Source: Octopus vulgaris (taxonomy: Eukaryota). Taken from it: 64,000 nt of DNA. This document shows positions 40,888 to 52,221 of this stretch, piece after piece. Below the pieces are notes generated by a model. That model saw only the letters and a list, made by a program, of their open reading frames with translations, ran no database searches and was not told the DNA's origin. Positions within the stretch are counted from its first letter, which is position 1. The number at the start of each line of letters is the position of its first letter. Position numbers and translations under genes: made by a program. The DNA lies in NCBI GenBank assembly GCA_951406725.2, contig OX597824.1, positions 43,152,001 to 43,216,000 on the forward strand. The letters run 5' to 3'.

Positions 40888-42120
40888 TCTTTCTGAGTCT
40901 TTCTTGCGTAACCTGCGACGTGAAGTTGTCACCGCCTAAAAGAATCATGGAAAACATGGAGAAAAAACCATCACCTACAAGGTACACTCTTTGGAGAACA
41001 AGGCGGTTGAACTGGTGGAAGAGGCAAAAATAGAAAAGGCATTGAGGGAACAATCGAGCCAAATTATGTATATAACAAGAGGAAGCAAATACGGAACGGT
41101 GGTTGTCCAGTTTAGGACAGTGGAAGAGGCGAGGAGGCTGGTGAGTGTAGCTGGACGGAGGAAGTAGTGCTTCTGCCCACGTATTTTGCAAGAAAGACTT
41201 CCAAGGTGAGGGTGGAAGGAATCATACCCGATATAGAAGTGACTTGGGCTACGGCAGCCGTTCTTGTTGGAAGTGAGGAGGAGGTGGCTATCCTCCAAGC
41301 CACGGAAACGGAGGAAGGAGGATAGAGAAAAAAAAACTGGAGCTCATTATACAGGCAGATGAGAGTTTGATGGAGACAGTGACGTTGGGAGAGATTCTGT
41401 TGAGAGTGTGGGTGGAGGGCAGCGTACCACGATGTTTTAAATGTGGCCAAAAGGGCCACATTAGAGCGCACTGCCCTCTGCAGGGGAAAATAACAGACGA
41501 AGCGGTTGCGGGGACGGAGGAGAAAAGGGAAGAAAAAACAGACAGACGGAAGGAACAAGGAGGACGACTGGATAGTGACAGAGAGTAAAAGGAAGAAGAG
41601 GAAGAAAAGGAAGAACAGCGTGTATGATGTGGTACCCCAGACCAACTCCATCCCACCCAAGACTATTCAGACCCGCCCTCCCCATACAGACACCAAACCC
41701 ACCCACCCCCTATCCCCACAGGAAAGAAATAAGAAAGAACAGACACCATAAAATTTACAAGACCCCCTCCCCCGATTAAAAAGGTTATGTCTACATGGAA
41801 GCGAGAGTGTTGTCACTCAGCGATGGGGAAAGCGGAAAAAGAAGGACTGGACTAGAGGCTAAAGGGGACTTAGGACTCAGATTTGGTGAGTGGTGTTACT
41901 CAGTGTGGGGTGAGTAACATACTTTTCATATTCTCATTTTCAAGATATTCATGTTATCATAACTTTAATATTTTGATTTCATTTTTCCATGTCCATTTTC
42001 ATGTGTCATTCATAGTATCATATTTTATTTTTATATATTTTTAATTACTATATGTCCCCACATGTTTTGTAGTGTACCCTTTTGTTATACCTTTATGGCA
42101 AAATTTTGAAATAAAATAGC
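40888..42120 (+). mobile_element. ORF1-only LINE-derived retroelement (half-LINE-like): frameshifted gag-like ORF, CCHC knuckle, T-rich 3' UTR, AATAAA
   Basis: ATG at 40947; KIEKALRE...RGSKYGTVVVQFRTVEEA; CFKCGQKGHIRAHC at 41433-41474; basic KRKKRKKRK; last stop 41915-41917; AATAAA 42110-42115; no endonuclease or RT seen. Confidence 0.75.
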
Positions 42121-42128
42121 TTTCTTAT

Positions 42129-42253
42129 CAACCACATGGTTCCGTGTTCAGTCCCACTGCGTTGCACCTAGGGCAAGTGTCTTCTACAATAGCTTCGAGC
42201 CGACCAAAGCCTTGTGAGTGGATTTGGTAGATGGAAACTGAACGAAGCCCATC

Positions 42254-42290
<37 letters not shown>

Positions 42291-42551
42291 CAAGTGTGTG
42301 TGGGTGTGCATGTGTGTGCGTTTGTTTGTGTGTGCATGTATATGTTTGTGTGCCTGTGTTTGTAACCCACCCAGCATCGTTTGACAACCGATGCTGGTGT
42401 GTTTATGTCCCCGAAACTTAACGGTTCGGTGAAAGAAACCGATAGAATAAGTACTAGGCTTACAAACAGCAAGTCCTGAGGTTGATTTGCGCGACTAAAT
42501 GCGGTGCTCTAGCATGGCTGCAATCAAATGATTTAAACAAATAAAAGAATA
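42129..42551 (+). mobile_element. SINE family 2 (CORE-like), slightly 5'-truncated
   Basis: Homologous to the reverse complement of 56069-56594. Confidence 0.88.
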
Positions 42552-42830
42552 TATATAGTTGAAATTTACAGAAAAACAAAAGACGAGGACAGGTGTATAA
42601 ACAACAAGGCTGTGTATTAGTTTGACACTCGGGAAAGTGAGAAAGTCTTTTAAGTCTCGAGGCTACGCTCTTCAACAAAAAAGGAACACCACGAAATAAA
42701 CAAAGAGAGAATAAGGAAAAACACAGAGTAAGAAAAAATAGAATAAGAAAAACAGAAAGTTCAAATAAGTTCAAAAAGAGTCAAACGTCGTGGTGTATTG
42801 GAGCGATTTTTCATCCACGGAGGAGACCAC
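42552..42830 (-). mobile_element. Probable Penelope-like terminal repeat fragment with a decayed hammerhead
   Basis: Minus 42647-42684 reads TTGTTGA a gagc gtag cctc GAGA ctt aaaag, a hammerhead-shaped relic with several core substitutions. Confidence 0.4.
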
Positions 42831-42971
42831 TGAAATTCATAAGTATATCCAGTAGTAATGTATATATATGTGTATGTATGTATGTATGTATGTATGTATG
42901 TATGTATGTATGTATGTATGTATGTATGTATGTATGTATATATATATACATATATACATACTTATACATAC

Positions 42972-43072
<101 letters not shown>

Positions 43073-43345
43073 ACAATACGTTACATGATATCAAGTAGTA
43101 ATGCAGTACGACCGTTGCAACACATTATACTATATAATATCCTATATTACAGGGTAAGTTATAAAGGATACGACGTCCGAAGTTAATTTCCACCACCAAA
43201 TCTTCAAGTATGATAAATATAATATTATTACTTCCGAAAATACTTAAATGAGCGGGTGATGTTACGCACGCATGATACCCTTAGGTCTAATGTATTATTA
43301 ATAAGGTTGTTCATGTCTCTATACTTGTTGTTGTTGTTGTTGTTG

Positions 43346-43412
<67 letters not shown>

Positions 43413-43418
<6 letters not shown>

Positions 43419-43584
43419 AATTAGAAAAAACACCTTTTATCAATTCAATAATGAAAAATTAAATTATACCATTTACAAAAAATTACATATAGAAAGATTA
43501 AATATAAGATAAAACATATAAATGGTACAATTTAATTTTTCATTATTGAATTGATAACAAGTGGGTTTTTTTCTAATTTATATA
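43413..43584. repeat. AT-rich hairpin (MITE-like), arms about 63 bp, 43-nt spacer
   Basis: 43438-43475 vs 43519-43556 match at 37/38; outer tatataaattagaaaaaa/ttttttctaatttatata. Confidence 0.85.
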
Positions 43585-43669
43585 TATATATATATATCAT
43601 ATTTTGTAAAATTTGATTTAGTATTTCTAAATTGAATTTTTCCCTGTAAGTTTGGAATAATATTCTCGC

Positions 43670-43715
<46 letters not shown>

Positions 43716-43798
43716 ATGTATAACGGCATGTATGTACATATATATGTATATATGTATACATATATATGTATATATGTATATATGTATATATGTATATA

Positions 43799-43883
<85 letters not shown>

Positions 43884-44358
43884 TTAAATATATCTGTGTG
43901 TGCGTGTGCGCATACAAACATACATACATTTATAGAAATATATATCTAGATGATCAATTCGATCGTTATTGCATCCTGAGCCGCTATGATTTAGCTTGTT
44001 TTGGGACATGGCCGAATATATCGATAACTTATTTAGTGCAAATGTTGGTGCAAATTAAATCTACTATGTTACTTTCAGATGACAGAAGAGAGCTTCTAAA
44101 TAAAAAGAAGTAAGTACATTTTTGTTAGACATTAGCATATTTTAGTATATTTTGTACACCATCCAAAAACACTTCCGAATCTCCTCAGAATATTGACCAA
44201 TAAGCACGAGTTCAGCAGTAACGGCACACTTAATTTGACAGTTGTTGAGGTACTATTTATATGACATTAATAAACCAGTTTTCGCGATCGGCCAACCAAT
44301 CTCTTTCTTTCTCTCTTTGTCTTTCACTATCTATCTCTCTGCACATATGTATGTATGC

Positions 44359-44471
<113 letters not shown>

Positions 44472-44539
44472 CATACATATATTTGTGTATGTACATATAC
44501 ATATGTATATACATATATATACGCATACATTTATATTCA

Positions 44540-44581
<42 letters not shown>

Positions 44582-44717
44582 AGAGAGAGAGAGAGAGACT
44601 GAAGAACATCTAATGAAACATAAAAGACTGAAACAAGATGCAACATCACCTACAGGATTCTAACAAGATAAGATTACTCGCCCCAGTGGCTCGTGAACCG
44701 GTAATTCGACCAACAAG

Positions 44718-44810
<93 letters not shown>

Positions 44811-46105
44811 CATAAATATTTATATAACATGATATGTAATATATAGAAGACGATGGAAAAGACTGCAACATCTCCATTGATGACTATCAGTTTCAACTTT
44901 TTATAGTGTAGTCCAAGATGCACGGAGGACTACAGAGGAAGAATCGGTCAATTTTGGAGTACTTTTGATTTCATATCCGTTCATTGAGTGCTACTTTAGA
45001 TCTACACAATGACAAGTACGACCAGAAGTAGCAAACTGACATATTTTTGTCTCTTTTAACGTTAGTCTAGAAGATTTTGTCTCTCTGAACCAGCAAGTTT
45101 CCCACCATTTCCGCTCAGTCCAACTCTCTTAACTAATTTTTTTATTGATATACTTATCTGTTATATGCTTAAATCCCATACTAATATGCTTTGTTACCAA
45201 AAGTGATACTCTTTGGTACTTCTCTCCGATTTACGTTTTCCATAAATTCATAAACTTTCGAGTAGAATATTAACTGCATCGAGTTATAACGTCGGCCTGC
45301 ATAAGCAATAAATGTCATCATTCTTACTGCAAAAATTAATTGCATTTATATATGACAACTTTTAAATAGTTCTGTTGAATTCCATCGTGTATCATATATC
45401 GTGCAAATGTGTCAAGAAACGCTGATTCCACCGTCAAAACTTATATAGATCTAATGATGAAAAGTTTCAAACTGTTATGAAACCAACATAGATATATACC
45501 TATGGTTGTTCAGTCAGAAGATCAAATGCAAATTTAATCTAGTATTTCATTAAAATCCAGAGATTTGCATTATCATGTGAAACAAAAATTTCGAGCCGTT
45601 AAGAATCAGCAATCGACAAAATAGATATTTTTTCAGTTTTGCATAACTGGAAGAAAACACAAAGTAACCACCCCCACCACCACAAAAAAAAAGTGCCCTT
45701 CTTTGCACGATTAAAATAACCTGTCATAAATCAGAATTAGCTTTTCATGTATCTGGCACAAATCGCAGTTCATTTTTAGAAATATAAAGCGGAATGAGTA
45801 AAAATACGGTAACCTCACAGCTCTCACCTTTCCCAGCAGTAACACAGAAGCCGCTTAAAAGTTAATATACTATTCGTACAACGCTGAACTTTTATAATTA
45901 TTTGAAGTACATACATCTATTATTAATGTTGTTGCTGTTTGTCATTTGGACAAAAGACAGTAATTCTGAGGGGAGGGGTATTTCGATAAAATAATGTATT
46001 GGACGGGTAGATAATTTTAACGACTACGAAAGGGTGAAAAGCAAAGTTGACCATGACGGGATTTGGTTCAAGAGCTTAAAGACCCAGAAGACGCTAATAA
46101 AAATG

Positions 46106-46253
<148 letters not shown>

Positions 46254-46263
46254 TAATAATAAT

Positions 46264-46793
46264 AAGCCCTGATGCAGTACCAGACATTGGCTCTCATGGC
46301 TTCTGATCTTAATTGATTGGAAGTGTTATCATGTACATTGTTTTGTCTTGGCCTACAACAAATATTCTGCTCAATACCACAGATTTGCTTGTCAGTTGTT
46401 TGACCTTAACCAGTTGAGCATGCCCCTTAGTGGCTGACGATATGTGCATCTCTGATCATGAGCAGAAGTAGTGGGGGAGCATCATAACCGTGTGTTGAAA
46501 GGAATTCTTAGAGGCTTGGATAATTCAACTTTGGAAACATAGATGGTTCGTTCAACATCCTTAAACAATCCTTATTCAGGGACCTTTTGTGTGGGATGGG
46601 CTACTCGACCAGAGGAAAATTCTAACTGGGCCCCACCTGCAAGGTCATGCGCTGTTTATCTTGATATGAGATCACCATGCCGCGCACATATGGTTGTGAT
46701 GCATGTGCCTGGTGTACCCTTATCAGACGGGTAGTCATGATGGGTATTCTGCTCAATACTACAGACTTGCTTGTCAGTTGCTTGACCATAACC
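46264..46793 (+). mobile_element. Non-coding dispersed repeat adjoining (AAT)n
   Basis: 46490-46745 is homologous to 51440-51690; internal direct repeat 46363-46411 / 46745-46793. Confidence 0.75.
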
Positions 46794-47358
46794 AAGTGAG
46801 CAGTTTGGAAAATACTAGTTTAGCATACAGAGACAACCACAGAAATATAATAATACTGACATCATTCTCCGTGACAAGCATGACAATAGTGTAATAGGTA
46901 GAGAGTCAATCTTAGCCAATCTTAGTCAACTTTAGCCGTGGTGGCTACATAAAAGCAAAGAACTAAAGTATACAGCAATATTGAATGTTTATAATGATGT
47001 ATAGGAGTGAGCAGAAAACGTTAAGGAACTATATCAACTTAGCAGTTTGAATAAAAACCATCATGGCAGTTGAGGAATATTTACATAAAATCATTTGTAA
47101 ATGGTGCAACAGGATCTATAAACAATCCTTTCAGTAAAGAGACTGAAGAAATTATCTGTAAGAATTAGACATAAGCACGAATCAGGAAGCAACAATATTT
47201 GGATTTGTAGATATTTGTTAGAAAATTCTCACACAGCATGTTAATCTTCAACAGTTTTATGATTGTTTTCCAATATGTGCCTAATTATATTTGATGTAAG
47301 AAACGAAAATATTGATGTACCTCTCATAACATGACTAATAAACATAATAATAATAATA

Positions 47359-47399
<41 letters not shown>

Positions 47400-47401
<2 letters not shown>

Positions 47402-47609
47402 TCTTTTCTACTCTAGGCACTAGGCCCAAAATTTTGTGGGGAGGGGGTCAGACGATCGATTAGTACGCAACTGGTACTTAATTTATCTTCCCCGAAAGGA
47501 TGAAAGGCAAAGTTGACCTTGGCGGAATTTGAACTCAGAACGTAAAGACGGACGAAATAATGCTGAGCATTTTTGCCCGGTATGCAAACAATTCTGCCAG
47601 CTCGCCACC
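47400..47609 (-). mobile_element. SINE family 1 (tail B) with (AAT)n tail
   Basis: Reverse complement of the family 1 head and body; tail runs into (ATT)n at 47360-47399. Confidence 0.88.
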
Positions 47610-47616
47610 TTCATAC

Positions 47617-47647
<31 letters not shown>

Positions 47648-47654
47648 GTAACAG

Positions 47655-47862
47655 TTCAAAATTCTGGCACAAGACCAGCAAGATGGCCATGGATGCAAGT
47701 CGATTATACTGACCCCAGTGTTCACACTGGTACCTATTTTATTGACTCTGAGACGATGAAAGGCAAAGTTGCCCTCGGTGGAATTTGAACCCAGAACGTA
47801 AAGCAGGCTGAAATGCCGCTAAACATTTTGTCCGGCGTGCTAACGACTCTGCCAGCTTGCCG
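47655..47862 (-). mobile_element. SINE family 1 (tail C)
   Basis: Family 1 body with the ...gtgccagaattttgaa tail variant also seen at 55370-55396. Confidence 0.8.
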
Positions 47863-47914
47863 AATAATTCTTTCTAATTTTGGCACGAAGCCTATAATTT
47901 TAAGGGGAGTAAGT

Positions 47915-48600
47915 ATCTCTTATGATAAAAGGCAGATTTTCTCTGCCTGCGACTATGTTTCTTTTTAATACAATTGTACAATATAGAATTTCTTCAATTG
48001 AAATTTACCTATGATTTTTCGAAGTAGATTCGATTGGGTCATGGCATATAAATTTTTTTCAATTTGACCCCCAATTAAGCAAAAATTCGAGAAAACTAAA
48101 TATTTTACGATTTGCCTCTCTCATTTCAAATGCTTCACTCCTTCTATTACCATACTCTCTCCTACTTTCTCTTTGCAAGTGTTCCTTAAACCACTACTCA
48201 AAAAAAATACAGAGGAAACAGAAACAAATAAATACATAACGATTTACTCCTCACACAATTTCTTCAATTGGAATTTACCTATGATTTTTCGAAGTACATT
48301 CCATTGGGTCATGGCATATAAATGTCTTTCAATGTGACCCCCAATTAAGCAAAAATTCGAGAAAACTCAATATTTTACGATTTCCCTCTCTCATTTCAAA
48401 TTCTTAACTCCTTCTATTACCACAATTTCTCCTACTTTCTCTTTGCAAGTGTACCTTAAACCACTACTCAACAAAAATACAGACAGGAAACAGAGACAAA
48501 ACTTAATACATAACGATTTACTCCTCACACACACACATATACAAATACATATATGACAGTGACAAACACAAACGTTTCAAACAACTACATACAAACACTC
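47915..48600 (-). mobile_element. Helentron/DINE-like non-autonomous element with a 270-bp internal tandem duplication
   Basis: Terminal hairpin ggcaga-5 nt-tctgcc (47931-47947) followed on the minus strand by ttttatcataagagat; direct repeats 47987-48256 and 48257-48531. Confidence 0.5.
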
Positions 48601-49059
48601 AAACACACACACACACACACACACACGTGTGTGTTTGTTATTAGTAAAAAAGGCGCCAAACACATTTCACTTTCTCATTCAAACACATTTGCACACACAC
48701 ACCAACAATTGACTGACATATGGTGAGTAGATGCTAGCCGCTCACATTATGAGTTACACTATTACACCAATTGTACTGGGACTGTTGTCTACTTCCCGTT
48801 AGTTTTTAGTGTCGAGGAAACAAAACTTTCTCGAGAAATAACAAAAAGAAACACTCCTAGATTTCACAAAGGCCTTTAAGAAACGATAGTAACTAAGTTC
48901 AGTTGAAGAAAAGAGACGGATTTACTGAAATCAGACGGTCGAATTGCCATGATAACTCAACAGAAAAGGTAAATTGGTTTTTAATTTACTTTCTGTCGCT
49001 AAGTTTTCGTAGTATTAATTTGCGAGCGTACTTCAGTTGTCAATTGTTGAAAGAAAGAA

Positions 49060-49155
<96 letters not shown>

Positions 49156-49304
49156 TGTGTGTGTGTGTAGGAAGTGAAGGATAAAAATATGGCAAGAAGT
49201 GGACAGATGTACATATATACATACATCCATCCATCCATCCATCCATACATACATACATACATGTGCGTGTGTGTGTATGTATGTGTATTAATGTGTGTGT
49301 GTTA

Positions 49305-49689
49305 TCTCTCTATATAAAGCTGAAGTTGTCTGTGTGCGCCAGGTTTGGTAGCCTTCAACTAACACTATCTCCTCCGAGACCCTGCGGCGCAAGTTGACCA
49401 AAATTGAGAGTATGATAGAAGGGTTGCTCTTCCTTCCGTAGAAGATAAAATTGAAATCGGACCATGTTAACACCAAAAATTATTTACATCAAAAAGGTGC
49501 TTTTTTCTATGAAAACCCCTATTTTTTACGATTTTTTCACTGCTGTGTCGCCACTTTTCGGTGTATTTCAACCAGAAAATGTTCACTGGAAGAGAATAAC
49601 AAGCTACATAATGCAAATTTTTTACTTTTCAAAAATTCCAATTCCAGCGGGTCGAAACAAACCCAAGCAACGCCGTGCGATACTGCTAG
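49305..49689 (+). mobile_element. Non-autonomous Helitron-like element (385 bp)
   Basis: A|TC start (49304/49305), CTAG|T end (49686-49690), decayed subterminal ccc..gcaacgccg hairpin, no TSD. Confidence 0.65.
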
Positions 49690-49723
49690 TGAAACGATAA
49701 AAGATAAGGCTGACCATGGCGTC

Positions 49724-49963
49724 ATTTGGTCTTAGAGCCTAGGATCAGAAGAAATACCGCTACACAATACGTTCGGCGTGTAAATGATTCTGCCCAGCTC
49801 ACCGCCTTAATAATAACAATAATAATAATAATCCTCTCTACTAAACACACAGGTCTGAAATTTTGGGGGAGGGAACTGGTCGATTACATCGACCCCAATG
49901 TTTCATTGGTACTTAATTTACCAACCCTAAAGGATGAAAGGCAAAGTCGACCTGGGCGAAATT

Positions 49964-49967
<4 letters not shown>
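49724..49967 (-). mobile_element. Two stacked SINE family 1 fragments (head 49724-49806; tail-B body 49831-49967)
   Basis: Both align to the reverse complement of family 1, separated by a short (AAT)n. Confidence 0.75.
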
Positions 49968-50038
<71 letters not shown>

Positions 50039-50118
50039 GTAATAATAATAGTGATAATAATAATAACAACAGCAACAACAACAACAACAACAACAACAAT
50101 AATAATAATAATAATAAT

Positions 50119-50643
50119 ACTATTAAAACAGCAAACTTAGCACCTGAGCAACTCTGGACCCCCATTACAATTGAAGAGGTCACCCAGGCACTGCAAAGAC
50201 TAAGCAACTGGAAGGCACCTGGGCATGACAAGATCCCCAACTTCTGGTTGAAATATCTGACAGGAATGCACAAAAAGCTGGCTGAAAACTTTAACGCCAT
50301 ACTGGCAGAGCCAGAGACAATGCCTGAATGGCTCACGAAAGGGAAAACCACCTTAATTCACAAATCCAATGAAACAGCAAAACCACAAAACTACAGACCT
50401 ATAACCTGTCTCCCTACAATGTACAAAACCCTTACTGCAGTAATATCGCAAAGATTGAACAAGCACCTGGACGAAAACAACCTGTTCCCAGAATAGCAGA
50501 AAGGATGCTGCAAGGGCTCATATGGCTGTAAAGATCAACTAATGATCAATAAAGCCATAACTGAAGACAACCGCAGAAAGAAGTAAGGCATCAGTATGGC
50601 CTGGATTGACTACCGAAAGGTGTTTGATAGCATTCCCCACACG
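50119..50643 (+). pseudogene. R4/Dong-clade LINE reverse transcriptase N-terminal fragment
   Basis: NWKAPGHDKIPNFWLK, GKTTLIHK, NYRPITCLPTMYK, *QKGCCKGSYGCKDQL, AWIDYRKVFDSIPH; two stops; preceded by (AAT)n(AAC)n. Confidence 0.92.
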
Positions 50644-50986
50644 TTGGGAAGAGCACGATTTCCCCGATGCGCCGCGTGGTCACCAAGTACTGTATCGCCT
50701 GCACCTCGGTCTTAAAAAGGACCTCTACTCCACCGTACTAACTCGGTCTCGCAATGTGATGGATATCTTGCCATATGTCTTTCAAGGCTTTTTCCATCTG
50801 GCCGCGTTTAGTATTTTCGAATTTCCTTCTCTTTGTGTTCACGCACCTATAGACAGTTGTCCATTTGGCTGTTGCTTCGAGCACGTCGCGTGGAGGCATC
50901 AATTCTGCCCCCCTTCCATTCATTTTTATATATTTTGCTGCCTTGTTTAGTTTTTCTATTTTGTTATCCAGTGAGATGTTACCCAA
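50644..50986 (-). pseudogene. Second, diverged LINE ORF1-like fragment, paralogous to the ORF at 40947
   Basis: MEKALKDIWQDIHHIARPS*YGGVEVLFKTEVQAIQYLVTTRRIGEIVLFPT aligns to IEKALREQSSQIMYITRGSKYGTVVVQFRTVEEARRLVSV..TEEVVLLPT. Confidence 0.7.
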
Positions 50987-51130
50987 TTCGTGATATTTGT
51001 AACAGTTCCTTTCCCACCTCTAACACCATTTTAGTTAGGTTCTTCGCCGCAGTTGCTTTCAGTATTGTTTCGCGTGCTACTACGATTTCTATTCAATGAG
51101 GAAGACTTTATTGCTCCCTTCCTCTACCTC

Positions 51131-51332
51131 CTTCTTCTTCTTCTTCTTCTTCTTCTTCTTCTTCTTCTTCTTCTTCTTCTTCTTCTTCTTCTTCTTCTTC
51201 TTCTTCTTCTTCTTCTTCTTCTTCTTCTTCTTCTTCTTCTTCTTCTTCTTCTTCTTCATCTCTTCTTCTTCTTCTTCTTCTTCTTCTTCTTCTTCTTCTT
51301 CTTCTTCTTCTTCTTCTTCTTCTTCTTCTTCT
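51131..51332. repeat. (TTC)n, about 66 units with one interruption
   Basis: Directly visible. Confidence 0.95.
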
Positions 51333-51439
51333 ATACTTCTTGCTGTCTACTGCCAAACATGGTGGGGAGGACGGGGAATCCTCGAGCAAATTGCCGTACC
51401 ACCTTCCTTTCTCACATGTATGGCTTTTCGTCGCCATAT

Positions 51440-51755
51440 ATTGAGAGGAATTCTTTGGGGTTTGAATAATTGACCTTTAGAAACATACGTTTCGTTCATC
51501 ATCCTTAAGCAAACTTTATTCAGAGACCTTTTGAGCGAGACTGGCTACTCGACCTGAAGAAAATTCTAACCTGAATCCACCTGCAAGGTCATGCATTGTT
51601 TATTTTGATATCAGATCACCACGTCGCGCACGTATGGTTGGGATACATGTATCTGGTGTACCCTAATCTGTCGTATAGTCTTGATGGGTGTATTAGGCTA
51701 TGTTTATTTGTAGCTCAGTGTCACTTTGATGCATGCGCTGCTTTCTCATTCAATA
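51440..51755 (+). mobile_element. Second copy of the (AAT)n-associated non-coding repeat
   Basis: ttgagaggaattctttgggg...ccacctgcaaggtcatgc aligns to 46495-46745; ends ...cattcaataat. Confidence 0.75.
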
Positions 51756-51775
51756 ATGATAATAATAATAAGCAA

Positions 51776-51823
<48 letters not shown>

Positions 51824-51827
<4 letters not shown>

Positions 51828-52070
51828 CAAGACCTTCCTAAAACTGAGCAAATATGAAAATCTTGAAATAGAATTTGGCAAAATGTGGAACCTCACGACT
51901 AAAACAATACCTGTTGTCATAGGTGCCCTAAGAATGATAGCAAAAGGAGCTGACTCCTACCTAGCTCAGATACCAGGAAACCCGAAAATGGCAGAAATTC
52001 AAGAGATAGTGCTCATGGGCACTGCCCATATCCTATGTAAAATACTGTCTATGGAATCCCAAATTTTAAA
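51824..52070 (+). pseudogene. R4/Dong-clade LINE extreme C-terminus
   Basis: KLSKYENLEIEFGKMWNLTTKTIPVVIGALRMI...EIQEIVLMGTAHILCKILS (KY..LEIE, IPVVIGALG and GTAHIL motifs). Confidence 0.9.
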
Positions 52071-52221
52071 ACAAATGTTATCAACACTCTCGCCAAGACT
52101 TTCCTTTACCCTAGTTGCATACCTTCAAAGCTCGCGTAATAAAAGATGACACCCTTGTGGTTATGCAACCGAGGTTTGACTTCAATTACTCCAGTACCCT
52201 TTATTGTGTTACTTAGTAAAC

